Shown here one piece after another: positions 25,459 to 34,056 of a DNA stretch of 35,440 nucleotides. The stretch covers positions 1-35,440 of the IMG/VR virus record IMGVR_UViG_3300018405_000008; one strand, 5' to 3'. Every line of letters begins with the position of its first letter. Position 1 is the stretch's first letter. A program made the translations under genes and the position numbers. Under the pieces are notes generated by a model. It saw only the letters and a program-made list of their open reading frames with translations, made no database searches and was not told the DNA's origin. The stretch is from a virus. Its lineage: Duplodnaviria; Caudoviricetes.

Positions 25459-25947
25459 ATGGAGAAAAGAGATTTGGTAAGTGGAAAGCATGTAGTAGAG
25501 ATTAGATATTCTGGAAAAATGTTTTTATTTATAGGAGATAGATTTGTATCTCTTAAAGATTTTATACTAGCTGAATCAATTATGCCTAATTTAGCTCACA
25601 AAATTGATGAAAGATTAGATATAGTAAAAATTTATGAGATAAAAAATTGCAATAGTCTTGAGTTAATATTAACTATTAAGCAGGGATTAAAGTTAATTTG
25701 GGAGCGCAAGCCAGAATTATCAGATGTAGAGAGAGTTATATTAATGAATATAGATAAGGAATATAAATATATTGCAAGAGATAAAGATGAAGAAATAGCA
25801 ATATTTAAGGATAGGCCTATAAGAGTACATGATTATTGGAGTGCTGAATATGCTGCTAATTTTACTTTTACAAACTTATTCAAAATGGTTAAGTGGCAAA
25901 ACGAACACCCAACTAATATTTCGGATTTACTAAATGCAATCGATTAA
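25459..25947 (+). CDS. hypothetical phage protein
   Basis: AAGGAGG RBS; YKYIARDKD...F..VKW..E.P motif seen in Firmicutes phage early proteins. Confidence 0.7.
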   Translation: MEKRDLVSGKHVVEIRYSGKMFLFIGDRFVSLKDFILAESIMPNLAHKIDERLDIVKIYEIKNCNSLELILTIKQGLKLIWERKPELSDVERVILMNIDKEYKYIARDKDEEIAIFKDRPIRVHDYWSAEYAANFTFTNLFKMVKWQNEHPTNISDLLNAID

Positions 25948-25973
25948 CAAAAATTAACATTGAGGAGGTTTCT

Positions 25974-26189
25974 ATGCATACTAAAAATGAAATAGCAGAT
26001 AGCTTGAACAAACAGATGCCTTATTGCACAAATCATAAATGCATAAATTACTTTGAGGATTCATGTATGTACTTATTCGAAGATGGACCATTGAAAATAA
26101 ATCCTATGGAATATTCTGATGAAACATGTGAAGCTTTCATTTCTGGAAAGCATCCTTTGTATTTAGAAAGTGAGGCATCTAATGAATAG
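25974..26189 (+). CDS. Cys-rich hypothetical protein
   Basis: GAGGAGG RBS; C.N..C...C...C. Confidence 0.6.
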   Translation: MHTKNEIADSLNKQMPYCTNHKCINYFEDSCMYLFEDGPLKINPMEYSDETCEAFISGKHPLYLESEASNE

Positions 26190-26598
26190 TGTGATACTTA
26201 TTGGAAGACTAACGAGGGACCCAGAGCTTAGATACATTCCTTCATCTGGCAACGCTGTTACTAATTTTGATATAGCTGTTGACCGCTCATACCAAGGTAA
26301 TGATGGAAATAAAAAGACTGATTTTTTTAAGATTCAAGTTTGGGGTAAGAAGGCCGAAAGCTGTGCTAACTATCTTGTTAAAGGAAGACTAGTAGCAGTA
26401 AAAGGCTCTATTCAAAATAGGAGCTACGAGACTACTGAAGGAGAAAAGAGATACATTACTGAAATAGTTGCCGAAAATGTACAGTTCCTAGAATGGGGAG
26501 ATAAGAATAAGGCTCCTGAAACAAATAACACATATGAACCTGAGGGTTTAGATTCAGATGGATTTCGTGCTCTTGATGATGCTGATGTACCTTTTTAG
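26182..26598 (+). CDS. ssb: single-stranded DNA-binding protein
   Basis: MNSVILIGRLTRDPELRY, VWGK.AE, KG..VAV.G.IQ.RSY, acidic tail DDADVPF. Confidence 0.96.
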   Translation: MNSVILIGRLTRDPELRYIPSSGNAVTNFDIAVDRSYQGNDGNKKTDFFKIQVWGKKAESCANYLVKGRLVAVKGSIQNRSYETTEGEKRYITEIVAENVQFLEWGDKNKAPETNNTYEPEGLDSDGFRALDDADVPF

Positions 26599-26612
26599 AT
26601 AAGGAGTAGAAT

Positions 26613-26966
26613 ATGGACCTTAATCAATTAGTTGTAAAACAGAAATACCTGGATGATGTTGTTATTAAGAATTACAACAGTAATCACTCGGATAAACTAG
26701 GATTTTATTTAGATCATAAAGATTTTATAACTCATAGACTTCTTGGACTTGTAGTAGAACTTGCAGAAGTGTGTAATGAGCAAGATTTACATAAGTACTG
26801 GAAAAATAATAAAAAAGTAGGTGGTAACACATTGGAAGAGTTAGCAGATGTTCTTCATTTTCTATTATCGATAACTCATACATTAGGTTATTCAGGAGCT
26901 GACTTGGAAACAGCTTACCTAGAAAAGTTTCAAGAGAACCTCAGAAGGCAGGAAAACGGATACTAG
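26613..26966 (+). CDS. dimeric dUTPase / MazG-like NTP pyrophosphatase
   Basis: L.VELAE..NE....KYWK, LEELADVLHFLLSI, Y..K...N..RQENGY. Confidence 0.85.
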   Translation: MDLNQLVVKQKYLDDVVIKNYNSNHSDKLGFYLDHKDFITHRLLGLVVELAEVCNEQDLHKYWKNNKKVGGNTLEELADVLHFLLSITHTLGYSGADLETAYLEKFQENLRRQENGY

Positions 26967-26975
26967 GAGGATATC

Positions 26976-27218
26976 ATGAACAGAACCCAGAAGAGAGAGA
27001 AAACAAGAAACTGGTATAAGCAAATAAACAAAATGTCTCTAGGACAGTTTGAAATATTTCTTGAATCATTAGTACAGCAACATGTCGATGAGACTGAGGA
27101 ACTTATCGAAGCTGCACTAAGAAAAGAATTTAAATTTGGTGATAAAAGAATTACTAAGCTAAGAGAAACTGCTCAGGCTATGTATGACAGTAAATCAGAG
27201 GTGAATACAAATGACTAA
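26976..27218 (+). CDS. hypothetical protein
   Basis: AGGAGG RBS; EF.FG.KRI motif. Confidence 0.7.
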   Translation: MNRTQKREKTRNWYKQINKMSLGQFEIFLESLVQQHVDETEELIEAALRKEFKFGDKRITKLRETAQAMYDSKSEVNTND

Positions 27219-27363
27219 AGAAGAATTTGTTTCTAGAGTTTCACATATGCAGTACTTAAATAAGTTAAATAAAAGAATGATTGAAAAAGAAATAGATTAC
27301 TATACTAGGGATTCAAAGGGTGCTAAGTTCACTCATAAATTCAAACATGCTAGGAGGAAATGA
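27211..27363 (+). CDS. 50-aa basic hypothetical protein
   Basis: GAGGTG RBS; MTKEEFVSRVSHMQY...; translated by hand. Confidence 0.5.
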   Translation: MTKEEFVSRVSHMQYLNKLNKRMIEKEIDYYTRDSKGAKFTHKFKHARRK

Positions 27364-27364
27364 A

Positions 27365-27616
27365 ATGATTAGTGTTAAGACTAAGAGTTTTGAATATAGA
27401 ATCAGCAAGGTTTCAATCTTAGAAAATGGAAAGCCAGACTGCTTCGCACAAAGAAAAAGAGAAGATGGTAGCTGGGGCAAAGTTGAAAGTACTACTCTTA
27501 GAAGGTTACTAGCAGAATTAGCACTTAAGCAAACTAGAGGGGTGAGAAACATTGGCCATAAGAATGACAATGGAAGAATACCAAGATTATCTAATAAGAA
27601 AAAAAGAGCAAGCTGA
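27365..27616 (+). CDS. hypothetical protein
   Basis: AGGAGG RBS favours ATG 27365. Confidence 0.55.
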   Translation: MISVKTKSFEYRISKVSILENGKPDCFAQRKREDGSWGKVESTTLRRLLAELALKQTRGVRNIGHKNDNGRIPRLSNKKKRAS

Positions 27617-28055
27617 TGCTGCTGAATGCGAAAATATAAATATGCCTATCATAGCATTTGAAATTAAGGGAGAGCCTGTTGCTAAAGCTAGACCACGAGT
27701 AACACGATTTGGAACATTTACTCCACAAAAGACGCTAAATTATGAAAACTGGGTTAAGGAATGTTTTGTTTTAAGTTATGGTAATTCATTTGTTCCACTA
27801 GAAGGTCAGCTTAGAGCTAGTATTGTTGCATATTTTAGTATTCCTAAGTCTAAGAGTAATAAGATTAAGGCTATGATGGCAGCAGGAGAAGTTAGACCTG
27901 TTAAGAAGCCTGATGGAGATAATATTATTAAGATTGTTACTGATGCTCTTAATAAGCTTGCATATCATGATGATAGTCAACTAGTTGATATTAGTGTTAG
28001 TAAATTTTATTCAGAAAATGCTCGTGTTGAAGTACTTATTCAGGAGGCTATATGA
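27552..28055 (+). CDS. rusA: RusA-family Holliday junction resolvase
   Basis: GEPVAKARPR, KPDGDNIIK...DALN..AY.DD.Q.V. Confidence 0.92.
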   Translation: MAIRMTMEEYQDYLIRKKEQADAAECENINMPIIAFEIKGEPVAKARPRVTRFGTFTPQKTLNYENWVKECFVLSYGNSFVPLEGQLRASIVAYFSIPKSKSNKIKAMMAAGEVRPVKKPDGDNIIKIVTDALNKLAYHDDSQLVDISVSKFYSENARVEVLIQEAI

Positions 28056-28219
28056 CAGAAATTAAGTGTAGGAGCTGTAATAAGCTTTTGGGGAGAGTTA
28101 ATGTTATTACTAAACATAATGATTTTGATATTGAAATAAAATGTCCAAGATGCAAGTTTCAATATAAATATAAAGTTAAAATTAAAAAGACAGAGGACCA
28201 AGAGTCCCAGGATAAGTAA
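28052..28219 (+). CDS. Com-family (Mu Com-like) zinc-ribbon regulator
   Basis: MTEIKCRSCNKLLG...IEIKCPRCK; AGGAGG RBS and ATGA overlap; translated by hand. Confidence 0.8.
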   Translation: MTEIKCRSCNKLLGRVNVITKHNDFDIEIKCPRCKFQYKYKVKIKKTEDQESQDK

Positions 28220-28243
28220 TTCTTCCTGGGATTTTTCTTTTTT
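28205..28243 (+). terminator. terminator-like hairpin between com and the late activator
   Basis: TCCCAGGA...TCCTGGGA followed by TTTTTCTTTTTT. Confidence 0.65.
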
Positions 28244-28258
28244 GAGGGAGGGCTAGAT

Positions 28259-28732
28259 ATGAAGGCTGATTACTATAAAGGGACTGAGAAGATTCTATAC
28301 AATTACAACTATCTTAAGGCTAATCTTGAGATTAAGTTAAAGGAGCTACATGAGATTCAATTAGATGATGGAGTAATTGCTATAAACTATGAGGGAGTTT
28401 CTACCTGTAAAACCTATAAAATTTCACAACCAATTGAGGCTGCAGCCATTTTAAATCTAGAAATGATAAATAGCATTACACAAAACATTAAAAAGCTTAA
28501 ATCTAAAATAAATAGCATAGAAATGAGCTTATCTTTACTTAGTGATGAAGAAAGAGAAATTATTCAGATGAAGTACTTTGACTCCATGAACTGGATTCAA
28601 ATATCAGATAAAATAAACATCTCTGAGAGGCAAGCACACAGAATAAAACATAATGCAATTAATAAAATAAAGATAGGTTTATTTGGAATTAGAGCACTTG
28701 AAGAGGACATGCCTATTATTAGATCTATTTAG
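28259..28732 (+). CDS. RinA/ArpU-family late transcriptional activator
   Basis: TEKILYNY..L, L..L..EEREII.MKYF....W..I....ISER...R (sigma-region-4-like HTH); last early gene. Confidence 0.85.
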   Translation: MKADYYKGTEKILYNYNYLKANLEIKLKELHEIQLDDGVIAINYEGVSTCKTYKISQPIEAAAILNLEMINSITQNIKKLKSKINSIEMSLSLLSDEEREIIQMKYFDSMNWIQISDKINISERQAHRIKHNAINKIKIGLFGIRALEEDMPIIRSI

Positions 28733-28735
28733 CAA

Positions 28736-28801
28736 TGTCAGTTTCGTGTCAGTTTTATGTCAGTTTTATGGCAGTATTTTTAGGTAATTGTGAGTTATAA
28801 T
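28736..28801 (+). promoter_or_regulatory. late promoter: four 11-bp direct repeats (TGTCAGTTT) plus -10 TATAAT
   Basis: Repeats at 28736, 28747, 28758 and 28769 directly after the activator gene; TATAAT 28796-28801; no consensus -35. Confidence 0.75.
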
Positions 28802-28859
28802 TGTAAGTGGGTTACTTCATAAAATCATCCTAACAATCCAGGACGAAACCTGGGAACTG

Positions 28860-28896
28860 AAATCCCATTTACTATGTAGATGGGATTTATATTTTT
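28860..28896 (+). terminator. intrinsic terminator-like hairpin
   Basis: AAATCCCATTTAC-TAT-GTAGATGGGATTT followed by ATATTTTT. Confidence 0.65.
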
Positions 28897-29030
28897 AATT
28901 CATAGGTCGAGTGAAAAGTATATCCTATACATACGGTCATTTGGGTTGGTTCATGGAACATGGAAAATATTTTATAATATTTCAAATATTTGGTATTATA
29001 GAGGTATCAAATATAAGGGGGAATATTGTA

Positions 29031-29534
29031 ATGGATGTAAAAAAGAAAAAACCTATTTTCAAAAGATGGTGGTTTATAATTTTAGTGGTTATTTTTTTAA
29101 TTAGTCTTCTAGGTAGCTTAGGGAAAGATGATGTTGAACCAACAATAAATGAAGCCGCAAGCACTGATAAAAAAGTAGAAGAACCACAAGCAGAGCCAGT
29201 AGAAGAAGCAACCGAAGTAGTTGAAGATGTCCCAAGAGAATATAAAGCAGCACTAAAGAAGGCAGAATTATATGCGTCAACAATGTATATGTCAAAGGCG
29301 GGGGTGTTTAAACAATTGACTTCAGAGTATGGAGAAAAGTTTCCTGAAGACGCAGCGCAGTATGCAATTGATAATATGAAAGCAGACTGGAAAGCAAATG
29401 CGCTAAAGAAAGCAGAAACATATGCTGAAACTATGTCTATGTCTAATTCAGGTATATATGATCAATTAACATCGGAACACGGCGAACAATTTACAGCTGA
29501 AGAAGCCCAATATGCTATAGACAATTTAAATTAA
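29031..29534 (+). CDS. ltp: Ltp-family superinfection exclusion protein
   Basis: KKKKPIFKRWWF plus TM, acidic linker, two Ltp repeats (ALKKA..YA.TM.MS..G...QLTSE.GE.F....AQYAIDN); AAGGGGG RBS. Confidence 0.9.
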   Translation: MDVKKKKPIFKRWWFIILVVIFLISLLGSLGKDDVEPTINEAASTDKKVEEPQAEPVEEATEVVEDVPREYKAALKKAELYASTMYMSKAGVFKQLTSEYGEKFPEDAAQYAIDNMKADWKANALKKAETYAETMSMSNSGIYDQLTSEHGEQFTAEEAQYAIDNLN

Positions 29535-29537
29535 ATT

Positions 29538-29583
29538 AATAAAATATCCCATTATGCTTAACAGCATGTGGGATATTTTATTT
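29538..29583 (+). terminator. terminator after ltp
   Basis: AATAAAATATCCCA.TATGCT-TAAC-AGCATGTGGGATATTTTATT. Confidence 0.7.
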
Positions 29584-29610
29584 AAAATTATTTTGAGAGG
29601 TATTTGATTA

Positions 29611-29901
29611 ATGGATTATAAAAGTATGAAATGGAAAAAGATAAGAGCCAAGGCGCTAAGAAGAGATGAATATTTATGTAGAGAGTGTAAAAGATATGGG
29701 AAGACTACATTAGCAAATACAGTTCACCACATTAAACCTGCATCTAAATATCCGGAGTTAAGATTTAATATAAATAACTTATATAGCTGTTGCGCAAATT
29801 GCCATAATACTTTCCATGACAGAAACACTGACGGACTTACAGATAAGGGATTGCAACTAGTAGAGCGAATATATAAGCATAGCCCCCCTGTCTTGACATA
29901 A
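29611..29901 (+). CDS. HNH endonuclease (terminase-associated)
   Basis: W...R...L.RD.YLC..C, VHHI.P, NL...C..CHN..H; upstream of terS. Confidence 0.92.
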   Translation: MDYKSMKWKKIRAKALRRDEYLCRECKRYGKTTLANTVHHIKPASKYPELRFNINNLYSCCANCHNTFHDRNTDGLTDKGLQLVERIYKHSPPVLT

Positions 29902-29977
29902 AATAATAGACTTAAAGGAATCGGGGAAGGAAAACTCTCTCCAATAGAGTGATAATTTTTAGAAATGGGGTGATGAG

Positions 29978-30334
29978 ATGGCAAGGAAGCAAGTGACAAT
30001 AAAAAATGAAATTATTAAACAGATGAAAACCTTGGGCATCTATAAGCCAGAATATAAAAATGTGATTAATATTTTTGCAGGTATGCTTCACCAATATGAA
30101 TACTTTGAAGAAATGTTTATGGATGACGGTTATCAAATTGAAGAAGAATATACAAACAAAGCTGGAGCTACTAATATGAGAAAGACTCCTTTATTTTCTG
30201 CGATGGAAAAACTAAGGATGGATATAGCAACATACTCAAATATACTTTGTCTCAATCCAAAGTCCCTGGAGAATGTCACGGCAGAGAAAGCTAGCAAATC
30301 TAAACTAGCCAGCATATTAAGTGAGTTGAAATAA
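29978..30334 (+). CDS. terS: terminase small subunit (P27 family)
   Basis: M..LG.YK.E, YTNKAGATN..K.P, L.L.PK; synteny. Confidence 0.88.
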   Translation: MARKQVTIKNEIIKQMKTLGIYKPEYKNVINIFAGMLHQYEYFEEMFMDDGYQIEEEYTNKAGATNMRKTPLFSAMEKLRMDIATYSNILCLNPKSLENVTAEKASKSKLASILSELK

Positions 30335-32110
30335 ATGAATTATAACAAATATAAAAATTATTCTACAGTATTAGACTATGCTACAAGTATAGTCAATGGG
30401 AAAAAAGTTGCTTGTAAAGAACTTATTCAAGCCTGTAATAGATTTATTAATGATTTAGAAAATACACAGTATGATTTCAACCCTAAAGATGCAGAATTTG
30501 TAATCCAAATAATTGAAAAAACTTTTGTGCATGACCAAGGAGAAAAATTAGATGGAACTCCGCTCAGAGGAGAGCCCTTTTTATTAGAACCGTGGCAAAA
30601 ATTTATAGTATATAATTTGTTAGGATTCTATCTTAAAGGAACTGTGATAAGAAGATTCAAAGAAGCCTTTATATTTATTCCTAGAAAAAATGGTAAGACG
30701 AGATTTGTAGGTGCCCTTACTTGGGCGCTAGGATTACTAGGAAGAAAATCAGGTTCCAAAATTTATATAGTTGGAGCTGCTCTTGAACAATCTTTACAAA
30801 GTTGGAATTTTATAAACTTCAACCTTGAAAAAATGGGAGAGAAAGAAAACTTTAGGATTTTAGATAATAATCAAGAACATTCAATATCTGGAGATTTAGG
30901 AGATGGCTCAATATATATAAAAGCCTTAGCGGCTAACCCGGATAGACAAGATTCACTTAACTGTAATGTAGGCATAGCAGATGAAGTTCATGCATATAAA
31001 AGTCCAAAGCAGTACAACATAATCAAAGAAGCTATGAAAGCTTATACAAATAAATTAATGATAGGCATAACCACAGCCGGGGATAACATGAATTCATTTT
31101 GTTATAACCGGCTTAAGTATTGTCAAAAAATATTAGATAAGACTGCAACTGATGAAGCTTATTTTGTTTTTATAACTAAAGCAGATGAGGATGAAAAAGG
31201 AGAAGTAGATTATACAAATCCAATAGAGCATGAAAAAGCAAACCCTAATTATGGAGTAACTATAAGGCCAGAGGATATGGTAAGTGAGGCATATCAAGCT
31301 CAAAATGATCCACAACAAAGAAAAGATTTTTTTTCAAAAGAATTAAATATTTATACTTCTGCAATGAGAGCATATTTTAATGTGGATGAATTTAGAAACA
31401 GCGATAAAAAATATAATTGGACTTTAGATCAGTTAGCAAGATTGCCAATAGAATGGTTTGGAGGAGCAGACTTATCTAAGCTACATGACTTAACGGCTGC
31501 AGCACTATACGGAACTTATGCGAATGCGTACAAAGATGAAAACGGGACATATAGAGATGTGGACATAGTAATAACTCATGCATGGTTTCCAGTGATAATG
31601 GCCTACAAGAAAGCAGAAGAAGACAACATTCCTCTTTTTGGCTGGAAAGATGATGGGCATCTTACAATGTGTAATACTCCAACTGTTAACTATTCGGACA
31701 TAATAAATTGGTTTATATTAATGAAGAAAAAAGGATTCAATATTAAACAAGTAGGATTTGATAGAAAATTTGGGCAAGAATTCTATATTGGTATGAGAAA
31801 GTCAGGTTTTAGAGTTATCGATGAACCTCAGTTATATATTAATAAATCTCAAGGGTTTAGAAGAATAGAAAAGAAAGCAAAAGATGGAGATTTATACTAT
31901 TTACACTCACAAGCATATGAGTATTGTTTACAGAATGTTAGGGCTATAGAAAAAACCGATGATATGATTCAATATGAAAAAGTTGATGGAGATGGAGGCA
32001 CACAAAGAATAGATTTATTTGATGCTAGTGTATTCGCTGCAGTCAGAAAAATAAAAAGTATGGAGAAAAGCGGAACAGCTAGTAAGTGGCTTAAAGGGGG
32101 CGATGATTAA
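30335..32110 (+). CDS. terL: terminase large subunit
   Basis: Walker A PRKNGKT, Walker B IADEVH, ITTAG, nuclease GADLS...DLTA, RID.FDA. Confidence 0.96.
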   Translation: MNYNKYKNYSTVLDYATSIVNGKKVACKELIQACNRFINDLENTQYDFNPKDAEFVIQIIEKTFVHDQGEKLDGTPLRGEPFLLEPWQKFIVYNLLGFYLKGTVIRRFKEAFIFIPRKNGKTRFVGALTWALGLLGRKSGSKIYIVGAALEQSLQSWNFINFNLEKMGEKENFRILDNNQEHSISGDLGDGSIYIKALAANPDRQDSLNCNVGIADEVHAYKSPKQYNIIKEAMKAYTNKLMIGITTAGDNMNSFCYNRLKYCQKILDKTATDEAYFVFITKADEDEKGEVDYTNPIEHEKANPNYGVTIRPEDMVSEAYQAQNDPQQRKDFFSKELNIYTSAMRAYFNVDEFRNSDKKYNWTLDQLARLPIEWFGGADLSKLHDLTAAALYGTYANAYKDENGTYRDVDIVITHAWFPVIMAYKKAEEDNIPLFGWKDDGHLTMCNTPTVNYSDIINWFILMKKKGFNIKQVGFDRKFGQEFYIGMRKSGFRVIDEPQLYINKSQGFRRIEKKAKDGDLYYLHSQAYEYCLQNVRAIEKTDDMIQYEKVDGDGGTQRIDLFDASVFAAVRKIKSMEKSGTASKWLKGGDD

Positions 32111-32272
32111 ATGAAAACAATTAAAGAAAATATAATAGAGATACTTTTTATTTTAGGAGTTATTTTTATTTCTACTGCAGCCTTCCTTACGAATATAAGG
32201 ATTGGTTTTTTGGTTTTAGGAATATTATTAATGGTTATGGCTTTACTTGCATTCAAGGGAGGAGGTGAATAA
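32111..32272 (+). CDS. 53-aa two-TM membrane protein between terL and portal
   Basis: MKTIKENIIEILFILGVIFISTAAF...GFLVLGILLMVMALLAF; such small genes are common at this position; translated by hand. Confidence 0.65.
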   Translation: MKTIKENIIEILFILGVIFISTAAFLTNIRIGFLVLGILLMVMALLAFKGGGE

Positions 32273-32275
32273 TGG

Positions 32276-33463
32276 ATGGGAGTACTTTTTAAAAGAAGCA
32301 CAAGAGCAGCTCCTAGCACAAGAGAAACTCCTAGTAGCTGGTTTTTAACAACTGACGCGTATGAATCTCTCTGTGTTTCTGGTTACACAACTCTTGCAAA
32401 TAACCCAGAAGTGAGAATAGCAGTAGGAAAAATAGCTGAATTAGTTTCATCAATGACAATTCACTTAATGCAAAATACAGAAAATGGAGATGTTAGGGTA
32501 AGAAATGAACTATCGAAAAAAATTGATATAAGTCCGTATAGTCTTCTTACAAGAAAGGCTTGGGTATATAACATAGTTTACTCAATGCTATTGCCAGGAG
32601 AAGGAAACGCGATAGTTTATCCAGTTATAAGAAATGGTTTGATTGAAGATTTGATACCTATTCCGCCAAGTAAAGTGAACTTCTTAGAAGCGACAAACGG
32701 CTACGCAGTAAGAATAGATTCAAAGATATATAAAAATGATGAAATTTTACATTTTATTATTAACCCAAATCCAGAAAAACCATATATAGGACAAGGTTAT
32801 AAAGTTGTTTTGAAAGACATAGCAAATAATTTAAAACAAGCTACTGCGACAAAGAATAGCTTTATGACAGGCAAGTATATGCCTTCTCTAATTGTGAAGG
32901 TTGATGCACTTACAGCAGAGCTAAGTTCAGATGAAGGTAGAGCAGAGGTATTTAATAAGTATCTAAAGAGTACACAAGCTGGAGAACCTTGGATTATACC
33001 AGCAGAGATGATAGAAGTAGAGCAAGTAAAGCCACTGACACTAAATGATATAGCGATAAATGAAGCAGTAGATATTGATAAAAAGACAGTAGCAGGAGTG
33101 ATAGGGGTGCCTGCTTTTATGTTAGGAGTTGGATCATATAACAAAGATGAGTATAACTCTTTTATTAATTCAACAATAATGCCAATAGCAAAAGGTATGG
33201 AGCAGGAACTTTCTAAAAAGCTTTTGTACAGCCCTGATTTATATTTTAAATTTAACGGTAGATCCTTGTATGCCTATGACCTAAAAGACATGGCAGATGT
33301 AGGGTCTAATTTATTTGTAAAAGGATTGATGACAGGAAATGAAGTTAGAGACTGGATAGGATTATCTCCAAAAGAAGAATTAACAGAGCTTACAATTCTT
33401 GAAAACTATATACCTTTAGAAAAAATAGGAGACCAGAATAAATTGAAAGGTGGTGAGAAATAG
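32276..33463 (+). CDS. portal protein (HK97 family)
   Basis: [28 protein letters not shown] motifs; synteny. Confidence 0.93.
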   Translation: MGVLFKRSTRAAPSTRETPSSWFLTTDAYESLCVSGYTTLANNPEVRIAVGKIAELVSSMTIHLMQNTENGDVRVRNELSKKIDISPYSLLTRKAWVYNIVYSMLLPGEGNAIVYPVIRNGLIEDLIPIPPSKVNFLEATNGYAVRIDSKIYKNDEILHFIINPNPEKPYIGQGYKVVLKDIANNLKQATATKNSFMTGKYMPSLIVKVDALTAELSSDEGRAEVFNKYLKSTQAGEPWIIPAEMIEVEQVKPLTLNDIAINEAVDIDKKTVAGVIGVPAFMLGVGSYNKDEYNSFINSTIMPIAKGMEQELSKKLLYSPDLYFKFNGRSLYAYDLKDMADVGSNLFVKGLMTGNEVRDWIGLSPKEELTELTILENYIPLEKIGDQNKLKGGEK

Positions 33464-34056
33464 TGAGTAGAAAAGAAAGATTAACTAGAAGCTTAGAAAC
33501 AGAACTAAAAACCAGGGCAGAGCAAGAAGGTGAAATGATAATAGAGGGATATTTTGCAGTTTTCAATAAGCAAACTGAACTTTGGAAAGGAGCTTATGAA
33601 GAAATAGACGCCTTAGCTTTTAATGAAACCTTAGGAAATGATATTAGAGCTCTTATTAATCATGATACAAGTTTAGTTTTAGGCAGAAATAAAAGTGGAA
33701 CTTTGCAGCTCAAAGTAGATTCTCATGGACTCTGGGGGAGCATACGGATTAATCCTAATGATCTAGATGCTGTTAATTTGTACGAAAGAGTAAAGCGCGG
33801 AGATGTAGATCAATGTTCTTTTGGTTTCAATATTCTCAGTGAGGAAACAGATTTTAGAGATGATGGAACAGTTAAATGGAAACTAAAAGAAATAGATTTG
33901 CATGAAGTTTCAGTATGTACTTTCCCCGCCTATGAAGATACTGGGGTTCAAGCAAGACATAAAGAAATAGAGCAGCATAAAGAAAAACAAATGGAAACAA
34001 GGAAAGCAAATTTATTGAGGAGGTTAAAAAATGTTAAAACAACTAATGATTGCTAA
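33463..34056 (+). CDS. HK97-family prohead protease
   Basis: IEGYFAVFN, LINHD...VLGR, CSFGF, L.EVSVCTFPAY. Confidence 0.95.
   Translation: MSRKERLTRSLETELKTRAEQEGEMIIEGYFAVFNKQTELWKGAYEEIDALAFNETLGNDIRALINHDTSLVLGRNKSGTLQLKVDSHGLWGSIRINPNDLDAVNLYERVKRGDVDQCSFGFNILSEETDFRDDGTVKWKLKEIDLHEVSVCTFPAYEDTGVQARHKEIEQHKEKQMETRKANLLRRLKNVKTTNDC

Noticed and set aside
23378-28780. Short tandem repeats as a CRISPR array or DGR template
   Set aside because: The units are 11 bp with no spacers, and there is no cas or reverse transcriptase gene in the genome. They fit protein-binding iterons.
28880-29030. Upstream extension of ltp (28911 start) and ORF 28880-29104
   Set aside because: They overlap the terminator and promoter region; the RBS and N-terminal signature favour ATG 29031.
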